A DNA stretch of 64,000 nucleotides from an uncultured Anaerolineales bacterium (GTDB lineage Bacteria > Chloroflexota > Anaerolineae > UBA7937 > B3-Chlor): contig CAYSSR010000002.1 of assembly GCA_964433755.1 (NCBI GenBank), positions 278,351-342,350 of the forward strand. The letters run 5' to 3'. Shown piece by piece: positions 1-9,530 of this stretch (positions within the stretch are counted from its first letter, which is position 1; every line of letters starts with the position of its first letter). The position numbers and the translations under genes were made by a program. Under the pieces are notes generated by a model. It had not been told where the DNA came from and searched no databases. It saw only the letters and a program-made list of their open reading frames with translations.

Positions 1-321
1 ACGCCCCTGATCCACGAACTCCCTTTCACCGGCGGTGGTGTCCACGTAGACTTCGAGACACGGCAGGTCAGCGTGGATGGGGAGACCGTGTCGCTCACCG
101 GGACTGAATACCGGCTGCTGTACCACCTGGTACGCAACGCAGGACAGGTATTGACCCACGAAACGCTGCTGGCCCGAGTCTGGGGCCGAGAGTACACAGA
201 CGAGATCGACTACCTCAAGGTCTACATCAGCCGACTTCGCAACAAGATCGAGAAGGACCCACGCAATCCAGAGCGTATCCTCACCGAATATGGCGTAGGC
301 TACTGGTTCACGAAGACGTAG
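1..321 (+). CDS. Response regulator, OmpR/PhoB-type winged-helix DNA-binding domain (C-terminal fragment, gene starts before window)
   Basis: Frame continues from nt 1. The sequence LTGTEYRLLYHLVRNAGQVLTHETLLARVWG...YLKVYISRLRNKIE...GVGYWF is the classic trans_reg_C wing-helix. Confidence 0.8.
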   Translation, partial: TPLIHELPFTGGGVHVDFETRQVSVDGETVSLTGTEYRLLYHLVRNAGQVLTHETLLARVWGREYTDEIDYLKVYISRLRNKIEKDPRNPERILTEYGVGYWFTKT

Positions 322-349
322 CCTGGGTTCGGCCCCCTCGTTAACCAGT

Positions 350-380
350 CTTTTACCTCCTTTACCGCCCCTCTTTACCA
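350..380 (+). promoter_or_regulatory. Three direct repeats (C)TTTACC spaced 9 and 13 nt apart, followed by a TATGAT -10 at ~398-403. Candidate OmpR-family response-regulator binding sites replacing a -35.
   Basis: TTTACC at ~352-357, 361-366 and 374-379. A TATGAT lies 18 nt downstream of the last repeat. The repeats sit directly after the response-regulator gene. Confidence 0.35.
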
Positions 381-441
381 CTGTCTGCTATGATGATAGC
401 GAGGAGTATTCGTTTCTGTTCGTCGATGAACCGGAGATGCT

Positions 442-543
442 ATGTCGCGAGCTGAGTTCCGAAGAATGGCGGTCACAGTGGCATTGGTCCTGGTCGCCGC
501 TGCTGTGTCGGTGACAGTCATGTCGCTGTATCTGGGTCGCTAG
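442..543 (+). CDS. Small hydrophobic single-TM peptide (33 aa), MSRAEFRRMAVTVALVLVAAAVSVTVMSLYLGR
   Basis: ATG is preceded by GGAGA with a 4-nt spacer. It lies between the TTTACC-repeat promoter and the patatin gene. It is absent from the ORF track only because it is shorter than 60 aa. Confidence 0.25.
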   Translation: MSRAEFRRMAVTVALVLVAAAVSVTVMSLYLGR

Positions 544-613
544 GTCTACGCGTCGAGTTCGGAATGTGCCTCCCCGTGCAGGCGTGGAGGTTATCTGGGT
601 AGGTTAATAGGAA

Positions 614-1591
614 ATGCTCGCGTTTGTCCTCAGTGGCGGTGGTAATCGAGGTCCTTTGGAGGTCGGGGCTCTCCAGGTTCTCCTGGAGCACGGCATCGTC
701 CCACAGATGTTGGTGGGTACGTCGGCCGGGGCCATCAATGCCGCCTTCCTGGCTGTCGAACCGACCCTACACACCGCTGCGGAATTGGCCAACCTGTGGC
801 AGAACGTGGAGACGAAGCACGTCTTCCAGGGCAACCGATTCACCATGCTGTGGCGCCTCCTCACTGGGAAGGACAGCCTGTACCGCAATCAGAGCCTCGA
901 GCGACTCATCCTGGAGAACCTGCGGCCAGGGACAGATCTCTTCGGGGACATCGACGCAGTCAAACTGTATATCGTGGCCACCCAACTCGATACCGGGGAG
1001 GCTCGGGTCTTCGGCCAGGACCCGCAGGAGCGCCTAATCGATGCTATCATGGCGAGTACAGCTCTACCACCCTTCCTTCCTCCCTGGCAGTGCGGTGACG
1101 AGCTACTGGTGGACGGGGGCATCTCAGCGGATCTCCCCGTGAGAGTCGCGGTGTCCCACGGCGCCAGAGAGATCTACGCTCTTCACCTTGTGGACGCTCC
1201 GCGAGCAGGCCAGCAGATGCGGGGCTTGTTCAGTATCACTGAGCAGACTATCAACACGGTGCTCTCACGACAACTCCAGATGGACCTGGACGAATCAGAA
1301 AGCATCAAGGGCGTTACGCTCCACCACGTCCCGCTCACCGGTTTCTATGGCCTTCCTCTCTGGGACTTCACCCACACCGACGAGATGATCGAGGGTGGCA
1401 GACGCCAGATGGAGGAGTATCTTCAGGCCACCGAAGGGGTTGCCACTTCCAAGAGACTGTCCTCACTGCGCTCAACGTTGAGGCGAGGCGCGAGGAGAGC
1501 ACGGAGAGCATTATCGCGTGTACCTGCCGGTCGTTGGCTCCTTGGACACAGAATGGAGGAAATCTCAGGGTCCATCAAGATCGAATCGTAG
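614..1591 (+). CDS. Patatin-like phospholipase
   Basis: GGGNRG oxyanion motif, GTSAG (GxSxG) nucleophile and a DGG catalytic Asp motif. Confidence 0.85.
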   Translation: MLAFVLSGGGNRGPLEVGALQVLLEHGIVPQMLVGTSAGAINAAFLAVEPTLHTAAELANLWQNVETKHVFQGNRFTMLWRLLTGKDSLYRNQSLERLILENLRPGTDLFGDIDAVKLYIVATQLDTGEARVFGQDPQERLIDAIMASTALPPFLPPWQCGDELLVDGGISADLPVRVAVSHGAREIYALHLVDAPRAGQQMRGLFSITEQTINTVLSRQLQMDLDESESIKGVTLHHVPLTGFYGLPLWDFTHTDEMIEGGRRQMEEYLQATEGVATSKRLSSLRSTLRRGARRARRALSRVPAGRWLLGHRMEEISGSIKIES

Positions 1592-1605
1592 CAGAGGTAG
1601 CAGCT

Positions 1606-2529
1606 ATGACAAAGATCGCCGTAGTCACCGACAGCGTCGCTTGCGTGCCACCGGAGTTGGTGGAGGAATACGTTATCCACGTGGTGCCCTTCACCGTACT
1701 CTGGGACGGCCAAGCCTACAAGGACGGCGTAGACCTCACTCCGGCCGAGTTCTATCGCCTCTTCGGCCAGAACAACGCCTATCCCACCACCTCTCAGCCT
1801 TCATTGGCAGACTTCGTCAGGACGTATGCCACGCTCAGTGAGACCGCCGACGGAATCGTCTCCATCCACATCCCGGCCGAACTGACCGGAACAATCGGTG
1901 TGGCCCAGACGGCCGCTCGCGAGGCCGCGACAGTACCCGTGGTGGTGCTGGACTCAGGACTGGCCACCATAGCTCAGGGTTTCGTGGTCCTAGCTGCCGC
2001 GCGGGCAGCAGCGGCGGGACAGAGTCTCGATGAGGTAGTGGCAGCGGCGAAGTCGATGATGCAGAAGGTCCACTTCTACGCCACCCTGGACGATCTCAAG
2101 CATCTGCACAGAGGGGGTCGCATCGGAGAAGCGGCCACGCTGCTTGGCTCCAAGCTCAGGATCAACCCCATCCTGACCCTGGAGAATGGGAGCGTCAGGG
2201 TGGTCAGCGTGGTCAGGACGAGGCGAAGCGCCGTCGATTGGATGCTAGACACGATGTGGGAGGACGTTGGCGAGCGTCCCCTGCACGCCTCCGTGTTCCA
2301 TGGGGACGCCCTAGAGGAGGCGGACCGCATTGCGGAGCTCATCGACGCCCGCTTCAACTGTGTGGAGTTCTACGTCAGCGAGTTCACCCCGGTGATGGGT
2401 GCTCATACGGGTCCCGGGGTCATTGGCTTTGCGTACTATGCCGACGAGCCGAAGCAGCCACCAGTGGAGACCACTCAGGACGGGGAGCGGGGGCTTGGGT
2501 TCCTGGCCCGGACGATGTCACTGTTCTGA
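1606..2529 (+). CDS. DegV family fatty-acid-binding protein
   Basis: MTKIAVVTDS...TTSQPS...GTIG pattern typical of DegV/FakB. The start was moved to the internal ATG at 1606, which lies after the patatin stop and is preceded by GGAGGAAA. Confidence 0.8.
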   Translation: MTKIAVVTDSVACVPPELVEEYVIHVVPFTVLWDGQAYKDGVDLTPAEFYRLFGQNNAYPTTSQPSLADFVRTYATLSETADGIVSIHIPAELTGTIGVAQTAAREAATVPVVVLDSGLATIAQGFVVLAAARAAAAGQSLDEVVAAAKSMMQKVHFYATLDDLKHLHRGGRIGEAATLLGSKLRINPILTLENGSVRVVSVVRTRRSAVDWMLDTMWEDVGERPLHASVFHGDALEEADRIAELIDARFNCVEFYVSEFTPVMGAHTGPGVIGFAYYADEPKQPPVETTQDGERGLGFLARTMSLF

Positions 2530-2586
2530 TGTGGCTTCTCAGCCACCTTCGCCCGATAGGCAACGGAGCTATCCCCTTCTCGGCCC

Positions 2587-4731
2587 TTAGGTCTTCTCGA
2601 TCCCGCCATAGGCTGCCAGGCAGCGCTTGATTCCTGCGCTGTCGAAGATGACAGTCACCTCTTCGTCATCACTGAGGGGCCTGCTGCTGAGCACGATTCC
2701 CTCGCCGAACTTCGGATGCCGCACACGGTCCCCATCGTGGAACTGCGTGGTCGTGGGACGCTGGGCCCGGACCACGGCTTCGTCCGTGAACCCCTTTCTC
2801 TCGAACAGGTCCGTCGGGATGTCCGCCAGGAAACGAGACGGCTCGCTGAGCTCGTCTCTACCGAACAGCGTGCGCCGGAAGGTGTGCAGGAGATACAAGC
2901 GTTCCTTGGCCCTCGTGATGCCCACGTAGAACAGGCGCCGCTCCTCCTCCAGTTCCTCGGCCGTATCCATGGAGCGGTTGTGGGGCAATATTCCCTCCTC
3001 CAGACCCACGATAAACACGACTGGGAACTCCAACCCCTTGGCCATGTGCAACGTGAGCAAGCATGGGGCCGAGACCTGCTCGTCCAGGTTGTCCACGTCG
3101 GACACCAGGGCCACCTCCTCCAGGAAGGTGGTCAGGCTCTCCTCCACCGGGAGCGAGGAATACTCCTGGGCCACACTCCTCAACTCGTTGATGTTCTCCC
3201 AGCGCTCCTCGCCCTCATCGGTACCGTCCCGGATGTACTCTCCATAGCCGGTCAAATCGAGCACCAGGTCGAGCAACTCCAGCACGCTCAGTTCTCGCCG
3301 CACGCCGATGAACTCCTCTAGCAGGGCCAGAAAACCCAGAAGACTGGTCCGGCCTCTGTCTCCCACGGGGGAGTCCTCGTGGTCGCGCAACATCCGCAGA
3401 GCGTCGAACAGCGATACACCCTGGCTCTCCGCCCACGATTCCAACTGGCTCATCGTCTTCTGGCCGATAGCCCGCCGAGGCACGTTCACGATGCGAATCA
3501 GGCTGACGCTATCCAGCGGGTTGTGGATGACCCGCAGATAGGCCAGAGCATCCTTGATCTCGCGACGCTCGTAGAAACGTGTCGCCCCCACCAGCCTGTA
3601 GGGAACCCCGCCTCGCACGAACGCCTCTTCCAGCGATCGAGACTGGGCGTTGGTGCGATACATCACCGCCAGATCCCCGGGGAAGCGGCCCTCCTCGGTC
3701 ATCAACCTATCGATCTCCTGAAGCACGTACTGAGCCTCTTCCTGCTCGTCGTAGGCCTCCATGGCGACGACGGGGACCCCCGGTTCGTTCTCCGTCCACA
3801 GCCGTTTCTGGACCCGCTGCACGTTCCGCGAGATGACGTGGTGCGCCGTATCCAAGATCATCTGCGTGGACCGGTAGTTCTGTTCCAGAAGAACGGCTTG
3901 CACCTCCTTGTAGTCATCGCGGAAGCGCTGGACATTGCGGAAATCCGCCCCCCTCCAGGCGTAGATGCTCTGATCCTCGTCGCCCACGACGAACAGGTTC
4001 CTGTGGCGGCGGGCGAGCAGCTTCAGAATGATGTACTGCGCAACGTTGGTATCCTGGAACTCGTCAACAAGAATGTGCTGGTACTGCCTCTGGTACTTGT
4101 CGAGCACTTCCTGGTTCTCGCGCAACAGTCGTACCGTCACCATCAGCAAGTCGTCGAAGTCCAAAGCATTGCTCTGTAGCAGAAGCCGCTGGTAGCGGCG
4201 GTAGACGCGCGAGACGATCTCTTGCTTGTAGCTTCCGGCCACGTACTCTCCTGGCCCGATCAACTGGCTCTTCGCTCTGGAGATGCCATCCAGGATACCG
4301 CGCGGGCCGAGGTCTCCGTCGTCGAGGTTGAGCTCCTTCAGGGATCGACGAACCAGGCTGATCTGATCCGCCGTGTCGTAGATGACGAAGTCCCTGTCGT
4401 AGGGGATGTGAGCGGCCTCGCGGCGGAGGATGCGTACGCACACGGCGTGGAACGTGCCGATGGTGATCTGGCGAAGCACGTGATCACCCAGCAACTGACG
4501 GAGACGCTCTTTCATCTCCCGCGCGGCCTTGTTGGTGAAGGTGACCGCCATGATCCGGTAGGGAGACACACCTCGGTTCTTCACCAGGTAGGCCACGCGA
4601 TGGGTAAGCACCCGGGTCTTGCCGCTGCCAGGCCCGGCTACCACCAGCACCGGTCCGTCTGGAGCTTCTACCGCCTCCCTCTGCGCTGGGTTCATTCGCG
4701 CCAGGATATCTTCCATGCCCGCCTCGATCAC
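2587..4731 (-). CDS. pcrA: ATP-dependent DNA helicase PcrA/UvrD (superfamily 1)
   Basis: Walker A GPGSGKT, the conserved UvrD motifs, and a 714-aa length with the C-terminal tail. Confidence 0.9.
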   Translation of the reverse strand: MIEAGMEDILARMNPAQREAVEAPDGPVLVVAGPGSGKTRVLTHRVAYLVKNRGVSPYRIMAVTFTNKAAREMKERLRQLLGDHVLRQITIGTFHAVCVRILRREAAHIPYDRDFVIYDTADQISLVRRSLKELNLDDGDLGPRGILDGISRAKSQLIGPGEYVAGSYKQEIVSRVYRRYQRLLLQSNALDFDDLLMVTVRLLRENQEVLDKYQRQYQHILVDEFQDTNVAQYIILKLLARRHRNLFVVGDEDQSIYAWRGADFRNVQRFRDDYKEVQAVLLEQNYRSTQMILDTAHHVISRNVQRVQKRLWTENEPGVPVVAMEAYDEQEEAQYVLQEIDRLMTEEGRFPGDLAVMYRTNAQSRSLEEAFVRGGVPYRLVGATRFYERREIKDALAYLRVIHNPLDSVSLIRIVNVPRRAIGQKTMSQLESWAESQGVSLFDALRMLRDHEDSPVGDRGRTSLLGFLALLEEFIGVRRELSVLELLDLVLDLTGYGEYIRDGTDEGEERWENINELRSVAQEYSSLPVEESLTTFLEEVALVSDVDNLDEQVSAPCLLTLHMAKGLEFPVVFIVGLEEGILPHNRSMDTAEELEEERRLFYVGITRAKERLYLLHTFRRTLFGRDELSEPSRFLADIPTDLFERKGFTDEAVVRAQRPTTTQFHDGDRVRHPKFGEGIVLSSRPLSDDEEVTVIFDSAGIKRCLAAYGGIEKT

Positions 4732-5136
4732 CTGGGGATTCTAGCATAGGATGTAGTCCGAGGGGAAGATCGAACCTCACGTAGGCGGTCGCACAGAGAC
4801 AGCACGAACGAGTATCGCTCGTTTCAAAGGAAGCCTGGCTCAGGAATGAAAACCATGGCCCGTGACGAAAGCTTCCCCCCCATCCGTACGCAAGCTGCGC
4901 GACAACACAGACATCGCAGTCTGACACCACCCCATCGTACGCTACCATTGCCGAGTGGGCGGTGAACGAACCAGTGCGGAAGGACTACAGGGGACTGCTA
5001 CTGGGGAGGCTCGTCACCCTCTCAATCAGGCCCCAGGAGATACGGATGCTCGCCGACTGGACCTCTCGCCAGATCCGGGCTTGCCCCTCGCGCGCGGTCC
5101 TCAGCCTGTCACAATGCGCAGGACGTCGTGCGCCAA

Positions 5137-6030
5137 CTACCAGCCATTCCGCCACCGCTGCAAGAACTCCATGGCGTACTCGTCCCACCCCATCAACAGA
5201 TTGCCGGCCGCAACCGTCCTCCGGATCTCGACGTCCAGTGGGTTCAAGAGTGCAGAGGTCAAGCCTGCCGCCATACACATCGCCAGAAAGGATCGATTGA
5301 TCAAGTCGCGCTCGGGCAACCCAAAGGACATGTTGCTGCCACCCAGAGTGGTGTTGACGTCGAGACTTGTGCAGATCGACGTGATAGCCTGCAAAGTCAC
5401 GAGGGCAGCCTGCTGATCCGACGCTATGGCCATGGCAAGAGGATCGATGACCACGTCCTCCACAGGAATGCCGTGTTCGTCGGCGGCCCCAACGATCCTC
5501 TTCGCTATTTCGAGCCGACTAGAGGAATCCTTTGGTATGCCGCCTTCGTCTATACACAGCCCCACCACCGCACAATCGCGGTCCTTGACCAACGGGAGAA
5601 CGACCTCAAGGGATGCCTTCTCACCGGTCACGGAGTTCACCAGAGGCCTGCCCGGACAGACATCTAGCGCCGTGGCGAGCGCACGGTGATCGCTGGTATC
5701 GATGCAAATGGGGACATCGACGATCCCTGCCACCTCCTTCACCGCCAATGGCAGGATTCGTTCCTCGTCGACATCCAACGCGCTCACGTTCACGTCTATG
5801 ACCTGAGCACCCGCCGCAGACTGTGCCAGGGCTTCCTCCCGCACCAGCGACATATCGCCTTTCACGAGCAATTCGGCCAGCACCTCCCGACCGCTGGGGT
5901 TGATTCGCTCGCCAATGACAACAAAAGGTCCCCCACTATCGATCGTTACGGTCTGTCCAGCACCCTCTAAAACGGTCCGCACTCTTATGACCCTCCGACA
6001 TGCTTGAACGCATTCATCGAGCAGATGCAC
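5137..6030 (-). CDS. Methyltetrahydrofolate:corrinoid methyltransferase (pterin-binding domain, MetH/AcsE/MtrH-like)
   Basis: IGERINPSG, VIDVN, ICIDTS, NSV, DPL and GGSNMSFG are the DHPS-like pterin-binding motifs. Confidence 0.75.
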   Translation of the reverse strand: MHLLDECVQACRRVIRVRTVLEGAGQTVTIDSGGPFVVIGERINPSGREVLAELLVKGDMSLVREEALAQSAAGAQVIDVNVSALDVDEERILPLAVKEVAGIVDVPICIDTSDHRALATALDVCPGRPLVNSVTGEKASLEVVLPLVKDRDCAVVGLCIDEGGIPKDSSSRLEIAKRIVGAADEHGIPVEDVVIDPLAMAIASDQQAALVTLQAITSICTSLDVNTTLGGSNMSFGLPERDLINRSFLAMCMAAGLTSALLNPLDVEIRRTVAAGNLLMGWDEYAMEFLQRWRNGW

Positions 6031-6186
6031 CGCTCATATCGATTTGATGTTGCTGGCCCCTGAGCACCGACCCACCACGCTGACGGCTCACCCGAGCAGC
6101 GGCGACGAGCCGCCAAGCCCAGCGCTTTCCACACCGGTAACACGCTCCGAGTCGGCTGCCCCATCGCAGGTCGGCACCTGGAATCG

Positions 6187-6822
6187 TCAGGAAAGACCCA
6201 GCAACTCCTTGCCCCTTCTCGCAGCCGCTGCTGCATCTGGCGCGTAACCGTCTGCGCCGACCCGGTCCGCATACGCCTGCGTCACGGGAGCGCCTCCCAC
6301 CAACACCTTGACGTTGTCACGGACCCCGGCCTTCACCAGTGCCTCGATGGTGGTGCCCACGGCCGGCAAGGTGGTTGTAAGCAGAGCCGACATTCCCACG
6401 ATATCGGGGTTGTTCTCTTTCACAGCTCCGACGAACGCCTCAGCCGACACATCTATGCCGATGTCGATCACATCAAAACCTGCCGCCTCGAACATCATCC
6501 GGACCAGGTTCTTGCCTATGTCATGCAGGTCACCTTTGACTGTCCCGATGACCATCCGGCCCACCTTCTCGATCTCGCTGCCCGTCAGAAACGGCTCGAG
6601 TACAGACACGCCTGTCTGCATCGCCCGCGCGGCAAGCAGCATCTCCGGGACAAAGATCTCGCCTCGCTCGAAACGATCCCCCACTTCCGCCAGTGCAGGA
6701 ATGAGGTATCCAGAGATGATCTCACCCGCTGGAACGCCTTCCTCCACGGCCTGTCCCACCAACTGCTCCACAGCGTTTCTGTCTCCAACAACAGTCTTGT
6801 CGCGAATGTCCTGTAAGTCCAT
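6187..6822 (-). CDS. Corrinoid (cobalamin-binding) protein
   Basis: A B12-binding-2 helical cap plus the GDLHDIGKN (DxHxxG) motif and a Rossmann-like B12 domain. The start was taken at MDLQDIRD. Confidence 0.8.
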   Translation of the reverse strand: MDLQDIRDKTVVGDRNAVEQLVGQAVEEGVPAGEIISGYLIPALAEVGDRFERGEIFVPEMLLAARAMQTGVSVLEPFLTGSEIEKVGRMVIGTVKGDLHDIGKNLVRMMFEAAGFDVIDIGIDVSAEAFVGAVKENNPDIVGMSALLTTTLPAVGTTIEALVKAGVRDNVKVLVGGAPVTQAYADRVGADGYAPDAAAAARRGKELLGLS

Positions 6823-6854
6823 GCTGCCTCCCAAAATCTCACATGGCGTGAGAA

Positions 6855-7766
6855 TCAATCAGCTTCAGCGCTGGCCGAACCAGCGTGCTCCGCACCCAGA
6901 AGAAGGCGCGGATTGGCCCTCGTCATGACTGCCAGTTCCTCTTCTTCGAATCCTTCGCCACCCAGCGCCTCACAGAAGATCCTCAGCCCGTCCACCGGCG
7001 CAGGATTCTGGATTTGGCCCAGGTCGCTGGAGATCACGTTGCGCTCTATGCCAGTTGCTCGTATCGCCGCGCCGATCTCTGCCACCGGCACTCCGTACTG
7101 CTCATCCACTATGGAGTAGGCGCAGCGCTCAAAGTAGATCCCCTGGCGGCTCAGATCGACCTGCTCGTGTATGAGCATACCTACCAGAGGTGAGTCGGGA
7201 TGGGTGACGAGTATCTTCGTGACCCCCGCGCGGATGGCCAGTTCCACCAACCCCCGCACAGCGGCGGGCGCCAGATGACCCGTGGCCAGGACCGCATCCG
7301 CGTCGCCAATGCAACCCAATATCCTGTGCATGCACGCCACAGTCTCGGGATCCCCCAGATCCACCGTCGTCTGACTCACCAGGTCTTGGTACCGTTGAGC
7401 CGTCCCGGACACCGCTGCCCCATTCTCATCAACAGGCACCATGGTAGGCATCCATATCACCTTCGCCCCCAGGGCAAGATTGGCCTGCACCGCCTCAGCA
7501 TTGAGACCCCCCGTCGCGCCCTGGTTGAGGACCACACCGCCGAACACCCGCACCCCGGTCACCATCTTGTCCACGAGCCAGGCTCGGCCGACCGTGGAGA
7601 ACAGATGGTTCTTCAAGACCACCGCCTCCATTCCCGCCGTCTCCGCCTGACGGGCCACCTGCACATCGTCCACCAACCTGGGCATCACGTCCGGGGCGCT
7701 ATGCACGTGCATGTCGATGGCCCCTGTGAGATCGTAGTCTCTGCCAGTCGAACTGCGCACTTTCAC
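6855..7766 (-). CDS. TIM-barrel metal-dependent hydrolase-like protein (amidohydrolase/PHP-like HxH motif), function unknown
   Basis: IDMHVHS metal-binding motif near the N-terminus. It is embedded in the corrinoid methyltransferase operon. Confidence 0.4.
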   Translation of the reverse strand: MKVRSSTGRDYDLTGAIDMHVHSAPDVMPRLVDDVQVARQAETAGMEAVVLKNHLFSTVGRAWLVDKMVTGVRVFGGVVLNQGATGGLNAEAVQANLALGAKVIWMPTMVPVDENGAAVSGTAQRYQDLVSQTTVDLGDPETVACMHRILGCIGDADAVLATGHLAPAAVRGLVELAIRAGVTKILVTHPDSPLVGMLIHEQVDLSRQGIYFERCAYSIVDEQYGVPVAEIGAAIRATGIERNVISSDLGQIQNPAPVDGLRIFCEALGGEGFEEEELAVMTRANPRLLLGAEHAGSASAEAD

Positions 7767-8341
7767 CCTCTCGTGATCCTACGGCCCCAGCTCCCGTCCC
7801 CTCAGGTGGCCCTTCTGCGCGAGAGGGCGAAGCTGCCGATCCGTCGCGGCCCCTGTGCTGCAAGCGATCAAAGCTCAGACCACAGACCCTGAGCGCAACC
7901 TGTCAACGATCCCCGGCAACATGGATAGCCAGGCCGCATCTCACCACGAGACAACCCCGAACCTTGCCATGAGTCGGGCTTCGATCCCCGGCATCAGCAG
8001 CAACGCACCCTTCCACGATCCAAGGGACTGAATCCCGGAACGACACAGCCGCCGCTCACACAGGCGCTGAGTTTACACCACAAGCGGACGACATGCCAGC
8101 CATTCTACCTGATGATCGAGTGAGGTACGCAAGCGAGGCATCAAACACTCGTGCCACGAGGCCTGATCCTGACGGCACGAGCCTTGCGACTGCGACAAGC
8201 GGCCCGTCTCCAGAGTGGCGCGGCCAAACAGAAGAGCAAGGATGTGCACTTGGGTGTTGATTCGCCAGTGGAGTCCCGATCCTCATGCGCCTGGCCGTGA
8301 GTGGGGCAGCAGCCAGGATCGTGCCCATGTCCCACGTCACA

Positions 8342-9499
8342 TCAAGCGTATGTGCCCTGTTCAGCAAGTGTGTCCGCCAGAACCGCGAAATTCTCCCTCT
8401 TCGCCTCCATGATCTGCCCGGCTGCATAGAGCACGTATCCCCCGCCCTCCTTGGCGGCCTCCAGGCAACGTATCACCTCCTGGCGGACAGCCTCCGGATC
8501 GTCACCCACCAGCACCCTCTCGTTGAATCCCCCCATCAAGGCGACCTTGTCCCCTACTCGCCTCTTGGCATCCACAAGCTCGATGTCACCACCACCCGAA
8601 GCCGCAGGCGGAGTCAGCGTCTCGATTGCGTCCGGCTCGGCGGCAGCCATCCTCTCCAGCAGATGATCGGTCTTTCCGCAGTTGTGGAAGTCGGCGATGG
8701 CGCCGTGCTCCTTGACGACATCGATCATCCGTCGATCGTTGTCTGCCACGAACTGGTCGTACATCTCTGATGACATGATCCCGATGAAGCTATCATTGTG
8801 CATGACCGAGTGAAGACCGGTGGTGCGGCATATGTGCGCCAGGATTCGCACGCTGTAGTCAGTCAGGATCTCCAGAAGCTCTTTCACCCACTCGGGCCGA
8901 TCGTAGACGTCGAACAGGAGATCATTCATGCCTCTCAGATGAAGAGCCTCGTCCCAGGCACCGGGATAGATGAGATTGACGATGCCCCGATCCCCCAACT
9001 TGTCGACCATGTCCTCGAGGAGCCGGGTGTTCAAGGACTCCGGGTCCGGCCGGTAACGCAGGAGCTCGATGTCTTCCGGTTCTTTGATCATAAAATCCAT
9101 CGCCCACTTCTGGTAGCGCTCGTACTTGCACGTCGTCGTCAAGCGCCCCTTCGGGGTCGTGACGGTGAATACTATCTGGGATTCCTCCGGATCGCTCTCC
9201 TTGGAGACTTGCCAGTCCTTGCACGCTTCCTCCGGCCAGGAGAAGATGGCGGAAGGCCAACTGGAGATGAACATCCCGTGCCACCAATGGGGATACAGCA
9301 CGGGATCGAGGCCCAGCTCCTCCTGAACCTCAATCACACGTTCGAGGAGATCGGTCTGGAGGTGGGTAGACGGATTCCCGTCGATCGGTCCAATCAGCTC
9401 GTGCTCCAGGTACTCTAGGCCGAGCCGCAATACGACGGGCACCCTGTCCACCGGCTCTCTGCGCAGAGCAGCCAGCAGTCTTCCTCGGCTATTCATCAT
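8342..9499 (-). CDS. Uroporphyrinogen-decarboxylase (URO-D) family methyltransferase (MtaA/CmuA-like, putative substrate:corrinoid methyltransferase)
   Basis: N-terminal RGRLLAALRREPVDRVPV is the URO-D/MtaA signature. Length 385 aa. Confidence 0.65.
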   Translation of the reverse strand: MMNSRGRLLAALRREPVDRVPVVLRLGLEYLEHELIGPIDGNPSTHLQTDLLERVIEVQEELGLDPVLYPHWWHGMFISSWPSAIFSWPEEACKDWQVSKESDPEESQIVFTVTTPKGRLTTTCKYERYQKWAMDFMIKEPEDIELLRYRPDPESLNTRLLEDMVDKLGDRGIVNLIYPGAWDEALHLRGMNDLLFDVYDRPEWVKELLEILTDYSVRILAHICRTTGLHSVMHNDSFIGIMSSEMYDQFVADNDRRMIDVVKEHGAIADFHNCGKTDHLLERMAAAEPDAIETLTPPAASGGGDIELVDAKRRVGDKVALMGGFNERVLVGDDPEAVRQEVIRCLEAAKEGGGYVLYAAGQIMEAKRENFAVLADTLAEQGTYA

Positions 9500-9530
9500 T
9501 CATCCATCCTTCGTTCCGCCAGCGATCGTG

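Noticed and set aside
614-1591. Patatin-like lipase as a possible CBASS (CapV) or other anti-phage effector
   Set aside because: There is no cyclase, HORMA/TRIP13, E1/E2 or other defence partner nearby. The neighbours are DegV and a response regulator, so a lipid-metabolism role is more likely.
2627-4749. Many long antisense/alternative-frame ORFs inside the helicase gene, and similar shadow ORFs throughout (e.g. 3379..4179, 11769..12872, 26176..27405, 35363..36709, 36779..37711, 42658..43605)
   Set aside because: These are typical high-GC shadow ORFs. They overlap strongly supported genes, have Arg/Pro/Gly-rich low-complexity translations, and show no motifs.
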